The notes beneath the pieces were generated by a model. It did no database searches. It was given only the letters and a program-made list of their open reading frames with translations, and had not been told where the DNA came from. Positions 57,155-64,000 of a DNA stretch of 64,000 bases are shown here, in pieces. The position numbers and the translations under genes were made by a program. How positions within the stretch are numbered: position 1 is the first letter of the stretch; each line of letters starts with the position of its first letter. Source of the stretch: a virus; IMG/VR virus record IMGVR_UViG_3300047316_000072, positions 5,983 through 69,982 of that record; one strand, given 5' to 3'.

Positions 57155-59171
57155 CTAGCGGTGAAGGGGCAGGATTTGTGTTAGGGACGTAGGGACCTCG
57201 AATGGTTTGCCTAGCCCGTTCGCGTGCAGCAGCCTCCGCACGTTTGAGTTCATCTTGGTAGAACATGAGGAATCCCTGACCTGGGATCGCCGGCTGTGCA
57301 AACGCGTTCACAACAGCGTCACCTTTGTCAGGAGATCTCCCAAGCCTGTCCTTGACCTTCTTCTTCTCCTCTACCTGGATTCCACGGGCAGACAGAGCCC
57401 AACGAGGAGCAGCAAGATCAGCAGCCAGTTCGCTATCGGGAGGCAGAGCAATCTCCAGACCAAGTTGCGGATCCAGAGCCTCTCTAAATAGCCAAAACCA
57501 CTCACTGCGCGAATTCGCGAACTGTAACGACCCCGACCGGTCCGTCGCAACTGACTTATCCGCCCCGTTCATTGCCACAACTTCGATGCCCTTGAGCTTC
57601 CCCACGTCGACGGGGGACGATCCGACCCCGACGACATCGATCTTGATTCGCCAGTCTCGGAAGCCGAATTCGATGATCTTGTCAATGACAGCTGGACCAT
57701 CAGGAGTATCAGCGCCAGATACAAGACGAAGACTAGCAAACCAACTACCACGTCTCTCGCTAAAGACCGTCTTGTCACGGCCACCACGAGACACGTCAAC
57801 GCCCACATCCCTACTACCAGGTAGGTCAGTATCGAAGCCTTTAGTGATGTCCAGATTCCCGTAGGCATTGTAGTTGAGCTTCTTCTGGTCACCACTGAAC
57901 AGCTGGGATGTGTCTACACCTACTCCTGCCTGCTTGAAGAACTCCTCAAGGTTCCTAGGGACGGGCTTAGGGATGTCAATATCGGGTAAGTCGTCTGGCC
58001 TGAGCGCTTTCTTCGACTTCTCCTCTCCTTCCTCATTCATTTTGGTCTCAGAAGGGTCCGGCATCTCATCGCCGTTTAAACGGGGTGAGAACTCATGTCT
58101 CGGCGCTCGTGCGCGCATCGCGTCCAGGGGGTCTTCCGCGATGGTTGTGCTTACAGCTTCAAGGTCTTTCCGCTTAATCAGCTTAAGCAGGTACTCCTCA
58201 TAAGTCGGAGCCCATCGACTTTGCGCAGCGAGGATCCAGTTAGTCGGGATTACTTGCCACTCATCGTCGTCATCGCCTACTCCAAAGTCCCCTTGCAACA
58301 TGCGGCTACGCAGTGGCTCGGGGAGACTTTGCAAGATACTGATATACCCGCTTTGCATCAGGTACGGGTTATCTTGGATCCTTGCTCGTATAAAACTACG
58401 ACTGCGCGGGAAGATCTCCGTTTCAATGTTGTTGATGGTCATGAAGATGGGGTCGGAACCACTCACTTCGACGTCATCGCCCTGGTTATTGGTGATGAAC
58501 CACCTCAGCTCGCCGGGCTTTGCAGGGTTGGGATGGTCAGGACGGAGCCATGGTGCCCAGTAGTCAACTACCCAAGCTCCCTCGGCCGAGGTCGGGGGGT
58601 TACCTGCAGCGATTACACGGGTCTTGAAGTATTGTCCCGTCTCAGGGTTGATCTTAGTAGTCCGGTTCCATCCAGTGAGGAACTTGTACTGCTTCTTTGT
58701 GAAGTGCGTGATCTCGTCAAACGCTTTCAGGTCATGAGCACGTCCCTGGTACTTCTGCTCATCACCTTCAAACTGACAGGCACCGAGCTCGATGGAACGC
58801 CCATCCTTGAAGCGCCATACCCAGTCTTGAGCGTTATAACGTCCTCCAGCGTTCTCCGTGTAGATCTCGCTGGCCCTATCACGGATACCCTTCAATTGCT
58901 GGAACTCACGGCGGAAGATGATTGTCCTCCAGTGGTTCTGGATAGCAGTCCCTAACAGCAAGTCCGTCTTGCCACCGCCTGCGGCACCTCCATAGAAGAG
59001 CTCATCGGCTTGGCTTTCATACGCCATAGTCTGTGGCCCTGGCAACGGAGTCCATGTTGGGACTGCGATGTCAACCAGCAAGCTGTCTATCTCGTACAGC
59101 TCGCTAGGCGTCAGGTACTGGAGGAGATCTTGGAGATCGCTGGCTCCACGAGGGTCGTTGCTAATCGCCAC
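57135..59171 (-). CDS. terL: terminase large subunit
   Basis: YGGAAGGGKT, FDE, NPP, NPYL, GVDVSRGG.D, SPDKGDA; GTG start after GAAAGGAGG. Confidence 0.92.
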   Translation of the reverse strand: MAISNDPRGASDLQDLLQYLTPSELYEIDSLLVDIAVPTWTPLPGPQTMAYESQADELFYGGAAGGGKTDLLLGTAIQNHWRTIIFRREFQQLKGIRDRASEIYTENAGGRYNAQDWVWRFKDGRSIELGACQFEGDEQKYQGRAHDLKAFDEITHFTKKQYKFLTGWNRTTKINPETGQYFKTRVIAAGNPPTSAEGAWVVDYWAPWLRPDHPNPAKPGELRWFITNNQGDDVEVSGSDPIFMTINNIETEIFPRSRSFIRARIQDNPYLMQSGYISILQSLPEPLRSRMLQGDFGVGDDDDEWQVIPTNWILAAQSRWAPTYEEYLLKLIKRKDLEAVSTTIAEDPLDAMRARAPRHEFSPRLNGDEMPDPSETKMNEEGEEKSKKALRPDDLPDIDIPKPVPRNLEEFFKQAGVGVDTSQLFSGDQKKLNYNAYGNLDITKGFDTDLPGSRDVGVDVSRGGRDKTVFSERRGSWFASLRLVSGADTPDGPAVIDKIIEFGFRDWRIKIDVVGVGSSPVDVGKLKGIEVVAMNGADKSVATDRSGSLQFANSRSEWFWLFREALDPQLGLEIALPPDSELAADLAAPRWALSARGIQVEEKKKVKDRLGRSPDKGDAVVNAFAQPAIPGQGFLMFYQDELKRAEAAARERARQTIRGPYVPNTNPAPSPLDVYRDR

Positions 59172-60537
59172 TGCTGGCCTCCTTTCGCGCCCTCGCCTTG
59201 TCAAGGAGGATAGCTAGCCGTCGCGTCCGGTCTTGTGGGTCCATTTGTTGTGAGTTCGGCACACCATCAGCGCGGTCCACTGTAGAGCCATGAGTACGAG
59301 CTGGTTTGTTCTCCCTTTGTGATTGGTTAGCCAGGTACCTTACATTAGTACCTAGTAGGCTTTCGAGGTTTGATGGTTGATTGGGGATGAGCCCTATGGA
59401 CACACGCTGGAGCTCCGTCACAAGCTTCAGGAGCTCAATGGCGGATCGTCCCGTCAAGCGCTCCCAGAAACGGGGGGTCCCGTCTTCCGTAAGGAAGTAC
59501 GGTCTGAAATCGGGCGAGCTCGTGTCAGGGTTAATGTACTGGATGATTTTTGCGTATAGTCGTGCTGCGTCCGAGTGGTGGGTGTTCTCGAGCTGGAGGG
59601 CCAGCATTTCCCGGGACTTGCGGATGCTGTCGATATAGAACAGATCATGAGCGCGAGCACGGAACTCCCAATGGTATAGGTAATACCACTCCACAAATTC
59701 CTCATGTAGTACCGCGTGGGGGGAGTCAGTAAGTTCATCGTTAGTTGCAGGTATGAAGGAGCTTCCATCGAGGGGCCCTACCAGATTAGCTGCACGTTCG
59801 CTCTTAGCGCCTGGGACTACGTTCGGGTACCATTTATGCCCATCCCGCTCGAGCTGCGAGATGTTATTGCTCGTTTGGATACGGTGCTGGATAATCTTGG
59901 CCTGAGTGTTCGGGTTCCGGCTGAGCGTGAAGAGCTGACGGCGCCCCTGTGTGCCCTGCTCAATGTAGGATTGGAAGCCCAAGTAGGAGTCGTGTGGCTC
60001 ACACGGGAGCTTTTGCCAGAATGGACGGCCATCAGGCTGCGTCGGGTACCCCTCATCATAGTTGAGAGGGACATAGGACGCTTGAATGTGACGGTGATTG
60101 AGGACGATGTTAGGAAGACGATAATCGTCCGTTATGGGTTGTTTTGATTGGGTTACTTCCCTTTCCGGCTCTTGTGGGGCTTCTGGGCCTTGCTCGTCTT
60201 CACGATGTGGGTTGTTGTTGAGCTGCGGGTCTTCCTTGGGGATCTTTTGCCTCTGGTTCCTCTGGACATCCTGTGCTCCGCTTGAGTGAGTGAGTTGGTA
60301 GTTGGAGAGCGCTTCCTGGAGAGTTGATGCCCCAGTTAGATCGTGTAGTTCATCTTGGGTTTGAGGGGACTTGTAATGCTTAAAGGCGAGATTAGGATCA
60401 ATGAGATCTGAGCGGTGATAGCCTTCTGGAAGGTTCAGGTGATTGATAGGCAAGAAGTTAGCAGCCTCACGCATGATCTCAGCACGCGTGGGGAGACGAT
60501 TCCAATAGTTCGTGTCGGTAGGTGTACTAGTTGACAT
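59161..60537 (-). CDS. putative terminase small subunit-like protein
   Basis: First late gene, upstream of terL; WQKLPCE..Y..F..Y and W..RARAHD motifs. Confidence 0.55.
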   Translation of the reverse strand: MSTSTPTDTNYWNRLPTRAEIMREAANFLPINHLNLPEGYHRSDLIDPNLAFKHYKSPQTQDELHDLTGASTLQEALSNYQLTHSSGAQDVQRNQRQKIPKEDPQLNNNPHREDEQGPEAPQEPEREVTQSKQPITDDYRLPNIVLNHRHIQASYVPLNYDEGYPTQPDGRPFWQKLPCEPHDSYLGFQSYIEQGTQGRRQLFTLSRNPNTQAKIIQHRIQTSNNISQLERDGHKWYPNVVPGAKSERAANLVGPLDGSSFIPATNDELTDSPHAVLHEEFVEWYYLYHWEFRARAHDLFYIDSIRKSREMLALQLENTHHSDAARLYAKIIQYINPDTSSPDFRPYFLTEDGTPRFWERLTGRSAIELLKLVTELQRVSIGLIPNQPSNLESLLGTNVRYLANQSQRENKPARTHGSTVDRADGVPNSQQMDPQDRTRRLAILLDKARARKEASSGD

Positions 60538-60561
60538 GTCCTTAGGGTATTATTTGGATCA

Positions 60562-60591
60562 ATTATACTCTTTGGAACATGGGGGAATCAA
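60562..60591 (-). promoter_or_regulatory. promoter of the virion operon
   Basis: TTGATT-N18-TATAAT on the - strand, 24 nt before the 60537 start. Confidence 0.7.
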
Positions 60592-60836
60592 GAGGGTTTT
60601 TTATTACATTTTTTTCATGTTAAGTACACCTGGGCCACCGTGTTTGCGCTACCTTAGCCATTTTGGTTGGGGCGTCCATGCGCGGCATTTTCGGATAAAA
60701 AGAAGGGATTTTTTAACATTAAATTCCTTAATTCACCAAATTTTAATAAAATAGTGGGGGATTATGACCACGTACCGGTATATAAATATATATTGGTAAT
60801 TAATAGTTATTACCAATAAAGAGAAAGGTTACTAAA

Positions 60837-61031
60837 ATGAGTTACGAAATCGATTATGAGATCCCCGTTACCGAAAAGGATATTAATTCAGAAATGATTA
60901 ATATGACCACAATGAGTTCAAAAATTAGATATCTACACCAAAAAGGATTTACAAGGACCCAAATTAGTAAAACACTTAATATTCGGTACCAGTGGGTCAG
61001 AAATGTTTTGATCACACCAATAAAGAATTAA
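60837..61031 (+). CDS. small HTH protein, copy 1 (GpC-free, alanine-free)
   Basis: TMSSKIRYLHQKGFTRTQISKTLNIRYQWVRNVL; own AT-rich promoter region and terminator. Confidence 0.85.
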   Translation: MSYEIDYEIPVTEKDINSEMINMTTMSSKIRYLHQKGFTRTQISKTLNIRYQWVRNVLITPIKN

Positions 61032-61038
61032 AAAAGGT

Positions 61039-61072
61039 AGGGTGTAACCGAAAGGTTACACCCTTACTTTTT
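61039..61072 (+). terminator. rho-independent terminator
   Basis: AGGGTGTAACC-GAAA-GGTTACACCCT + TACTTTTT. Confidence 0.85.
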
Positions 61073-61099
61073 ACCTACCTAATTTCATTTTTGAGATTG

Positions 61100-61320
61100 C
61101 GGTGTTGCCCCCCGGGGCGCCCGCGGGGGCCAGAGGGCCCCTACCGGGGGGCCCGAAAAGGCCCGGGCGTAGAGGGCCCGGCCCTGTAAAGCCCGGGGTG
61201 GGCCCGAGAAAGCCTGGGCCATAAATGGCCCTGGGCCCGGTAAAGCCCGGGGGGCCCTAGAAAGCCCGGGGGCCCGGGCGGGGCCCGGTTACCTCCGGCC
61301 CGGTCCGCCTCGGAGCGCCA
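61100..61320. repeat. GC-rich low-complexity GGGCCC/CCCGGG spacer
   Basis: About 14 GGCC; AAAGCCCGGGG three times. Confidence 0.8.
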
Positions 61321-61472
61321 AACCAAAAAATCATGGTTGGCCCGTGCAGGACCTGGGGACCGATCGAGGAGACTGTTCCCATCGGGGACCGTGCGAGGAC
61401 TATTCATTAAAAATTGTTAATAATTAAATCGTTGTAGTCCAATAGGACAACGCGCTATAATATATTTGTAAG
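61305..61472 (+). promoter_or_regulatory. duplicated upstream/promoter module A
   Basis: Shares exact TCATTAAAAATTGTTAATAATT and TATAATATATTTGTAAG with 61861-62020; TTGTAG-N18-TATAAT. Confidence 0.8.
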
Positions 61473-61508
61473 TTAATAATGACTTACACGTACACAAGGA
61501 ACCGCACG

Positions 61509-61706
61509 ATGTCCGACTACAACGTAGACTATGAAGTCCCCGTTACCGCAGCGTCCGTAAAGGACGAAGTCGCGGGCCTTACGACGATGTCCGCAAAGAT
61601 CCGGTATCTTGCCGGTAAGGGTATGTCGCGTGCCGACATCGCACGTACCCTTAATATCCGGTATCAGTGGGTACGTAACGTCCTGATTACGCCTGTCAAG
61701 GGCTGA
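61509..61706 (+). CDS. small HTH protein, copy 2
   Basis: TMSAKIRYLAGKGMSRADIARTLNIRYQWVRNVL; AAGGA SD. Confidence 0.85.
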   Translation: MSDYNVDYEVPVTAASVKDEVAGLTTMSAKIRYLAGKGMSRADIARTLNIRYQWVRNVLITPVKG

Positions 61707-61713
61707 AAGGAAT

Positions 61714-61741
61714 GGGGCGCCGTAAGGCGCCCTTTTCTTTT
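61714..61741 (+). terminator. rho-independent terminator
   Basis: GGGCGCC-GTAA-GGCGCCC + TTTTCTTTT. Confidence 0.85.
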
Positions 61742-61860
61742 AACACGTTAGGCCCGGGCGGGACCGGTCATAGGCGGCCAAGGATACGTCCGCAAACGGG
61801 GGGGACCGGTACGGACCGGGCAGGACCGGGCTGGCAAGCCCATAAGAGTTAAGGCCCGGG

Positions 61861-62020
61861 CCGCCTCGGACGCGCAAAAAACTGATCCATGGTTTGTCCG
61901 TACAGGACTAAAAATAGCGATCGAGCAGACTGTTGGACCGTGAGGAATAATCATTAAAAATTGTTAATAATTTTGACTATAGATTTGACCGAGGACCAGC
62001 AAATATAATATATTTGTAAG
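61861..62020 (+). promoter_or_regulatory. duplicated upstream/promoter module B
   Basis: Imperfect repeat of module A; TTTTGACTA-TAGATT-N18-TATAAT. Confidence 0.8.
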
Positions 62021-62064
62021 ATGGCAATAACGCCAGATTACAAATAGACCAAAGGACAAAGACT

Positions 62065-62379
62065 ATGAACAAGACCAACGCACTGACCATCACCCAGACG
62101 GGCGAAGTGGTCCCCGAGCCGTTCGTTCAGCCCACCGACACCGCAGTCGGACAGTTGATCGAGGCGTTCGTACCGAAGCCTGCAGCGCCTGACGTCCACG
62201 GTATCGTCTGGAGCGAGACCATGAACACGTCCCAGAAGATCAAGGCGCTCGCGGCCGCTGGTTACAAGAATGCCTCGATCCAGAAGATCCTGAACCCCTG
62301 GTATGAGGCGAAGAACGGACGAGCGCTCCGCTACCAACACGTGCGTAACGTCCTGACTCAGACCTACAAGAAGGCCTGA
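62065..62379 (+). CDS. small HTH protein, copy 3 (divergent)
   Basis: TSQKIKALAAAGYKNASIQKILN...LRYQHVRNVL. Confidence 0.8.
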   Translation: MNKTNALTITQTGEVVPEPFVQPTDTAVGQLIEAFVPKPAAPDVHGIVWSETMNTSQKIKALAAAGYKNASIQKILNPWYEAKNGRALRYQHVRNVLTQTYKKA

Positions 62380-62391
62380 GTACAAGGGCGA

Positions 62392-62421
62392 GGGGAGGTC
62401 GAAAGACCTCCCCGTTCCTTT
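62392..62421 (+). terminator. hairpin terminator
   Basis: GGGGAGGTC-GAAA-GACCTCCCC + GTTCCTTT. Confidence 0.7.
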
Positions 62422-62443
62422 AACAGTCAAAGGACAATGTAAG

Positions 62444-62668
62444 ATGTCAGTACCAACCGAAATGGTTACGATCGAGAAGATCCAGGAGCTGCCGGCAGGT
62501 TATATCAAGGAGTACCTGATCGAGGCGCTCCACGGTAGCCTGGATGGTAACACGGAGGAACAGAAGGATGCGATCCTGCACTTCCTGGCAGATATGATCC
62601 AGTACGTCGAGCAGGTCGCCTATGAGGATAAGCACTTCCCGTACCCTGGTGAGGAGTTCGAGGCGTAA
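62444..62668 (+). CDS. small acidic protein
   Basis: AAGGA SD, 74 aa, D/E-rich. Confidence 0.7.
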   Translation: MSVPTEMVTIEKIQELPAGYIKEYLIEALHGSLDGNTEEQKDAILHFLADMIQYVEQVAYEDKHFPYPGEEFEA

Positions 62669-62763
62669 TGGGCTACTTGTGCATCGCTTGGTTGCTCGTG
62701 TTCCTCGCAGGCTACTATTTCATGTGGCAGTCATACTGGGATAGCCGTAAGGACAGAGACTAA
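62668..62763 (+). CDS. 31-aa membrane peptide
   Basis: TAATG coupling; MGYLCIAWLLVFLAGYYFMWQSYWDSRKDRD. Confidence 0.55.
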   Translation: MGYLCIAWLLVFLAGYYFMWQSYWDSRKDRD

Positions 62764-62769
62764 GAGGGA

Positions 62770-62794
62770 AGGGCGCGCAAGCGCCCTTTTCCTT
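62770..62794 (+). terminator. rho-independent terminator
   Basis: AGGGCGC-GCAA-GCGCCCT + TTTCCTT. Confidence 0.8.
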
Positions 62795-63377
62795 GTCTTA
62801 AACTGGCCCGGGCCCGGTCGGGACTAGTCTAACCTGTTAAGCCGTCCCCGGACCGGTCATGACTAGTCGCAATCGCGGGACCGCGAGGGAACCGTGTTAA
62901 CCAAGGTCCCTCTGGATTAGGCGACCGTGCGGACCATGCGACGGACATGCAGCACATGTTTTGCTGAACGAGTAGACCATCACGTCCGCTAAACGGGGGC
63001 AGAACTCATGTCGGGGGACCCGTTTCCTCACGTGCGTTGCCACTCTTTCTCGTTCCTACAAATAACCTATTGAAGTCCTATGGTGCATGACGAGAGTTGA
63101 TAAGTTGATAGATGATCTCTCTATATCTATACCTCTCTATAAGGCATATACGTATATGTCTATTCCTACCGGTCCAACCGTCTATAAGGAACACATAGTA
63201 TCTCTTGAATAGAACTCTTAGACTAGATCAAACTAAACACTAGTAATAACTAGAAGGAATTCAATAGGTTACAATAAGGAACTACAATTACATCCAACTA
63301 GCATATCAAAGCCCAATCATACTATTATACGAGCCAGACATGTAGGGCCGCCTGATCATTAACAAAATTTAATGGAC

Positions 63378-63425
63378 CGACCCCAATTTTGACACTAGAT
63401 TGACCATATGACCGTATTATATAAT
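63378..63425 (+). promoter_or_regulatory. phage promoter family member
   Basis: CGACCCCAATTTTGACAC-TAGATT-N18-TATAAT. Confidence 0.8.
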
Positions 63426-63497
63426 ACTCATAATAATAAGTAGGGTACCTACAAACAACCACTCCTACCAACTCCAACATGAAAGTACAATACCAAC

Positions 63498-63767
63498 ATG
63501 TCTATAGGATCTACTCCAGAACATCTCGAGCGGCTCGAGAAGAGAGATGTCATCGTCGAACATATCATGCAGTTCGTCATGAATGATCCCACGGTCGCTG
63601 ACTGGATCTTCAGTCAAGTCACTCCCTTGAAGATCCTACCGAACTTCGCAACGGACGAAGAGGTAGAGGCATATGAACAGAGCCCCGAATACCGCCTATA
63701 CTGGTCCCAGATCACCATGTACACCATGCAGTTACTGAGCCTAGTGGCCAGTAAGATGCACGCCTGA
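63498..63767 (+). CDS. hypothetical protein
   Basis: 89-aa ORF after the promoter, followed by a hairpin. Confidence 0.65.
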   Translation: MSIGSTPEHLERLEKRDVIVEHIMQFVMNDPTVADWIFSQVTPLKILPNFATDEEVEAYEQSPEYRLYWSQITMYTMQLLSLVASKMHA

Positions 63768-63836
63768 ACCACCTAATCAGCGTAGGAGGAGACTAATACA
63801 GTCTCCTCCAACCGCTTACATGGAGTGCCGAACGTT

Positions 63837-64000
63837 ATGAAGAAGTTCTACTGTCCCCTACACGGAAGTCACGAGGGCGTAAGAGTCGCGTCAGTACAAC
63901 TAACGGACGATAGAATCGTCCGTGTTGGTCTAGAGTGCATGACGTGTGAAGACCATCTCGGTACTACCGTCAGCATCCCGCTTGAGACCATGAACGATTA
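63837..64000 (+). CDS. small Cys/His protein reaching the window edge
   Basis: GGAG SD; MKKFYCPLH...CMTC. Confidence 0.5.
   Translation, partial: MKKFYCPLHGSHEGVRVASVQLTDDRIVRVGLECMTCEDHLGTTVSIPLETMND

Noticed and set aside
57815-58210. Intein in TerL
   Set aside because: No C/S start, no HN-C/S/T end and no LAGLIDADG motifs.
58095-58955. Long + strand ORFs opposite structural genes (also 41218-41916, 46478-47128, 53687-54328)
   Set aside because: Antisense shadows of well-supported genes, with no motifs.
61100-62020. Repeats as a CRISPR array
   Set aside because: No constant-length repeat-spacer periodicity; only two long imperfect copies plus low-complexity DNA.
62065-62379. Specific motif avoidance in HTH copy 3
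   Set aside because: Only AAA/TTT looked absent, and those seem scarce in many genes here; not convincing by eye.

Overview
The window is most of a tailed dsDNA phage genome (siphovirus-like, GTA-type tail tip; an alphaproteobacterial host is an inference). There is no integrase, CRISPR array or reverse transcriptase in view. The + strand (1-25.8 kb, 60.8-64 kb) carries early/replication genes: two PEP-CTERM proteins, primase-helicase, RuvC-like resolvase, kinase, ligase, SNF2 helicase, Cas4-like nuclease/Sak4/SSB, a 7-deazaguanine cluster (queC, queD, queE, folE, TGT/DpdA-like) and a UDG-fused family A polymerase. The - strand (26-60.5 kb) is the virion operon, from terminase to tail fibres, with a -1 frameshifted tail chaperone. 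The most unusual element lies at 60.7-62.4 kb: three separately transcribed paralogous small HTH genes separated by GGNCC-rich spacers. Copy 1 sits in about 410 bp with no GpC dinucleotide (all 7 alanines of copy 2 are replaced) and copy 2 sits in about 450 bp with no GAG/CTC. A family of promoters with an 18-bp spacer and a tRNA-like element are also present. All functional calls come from motif recognition by eye, without database searches.
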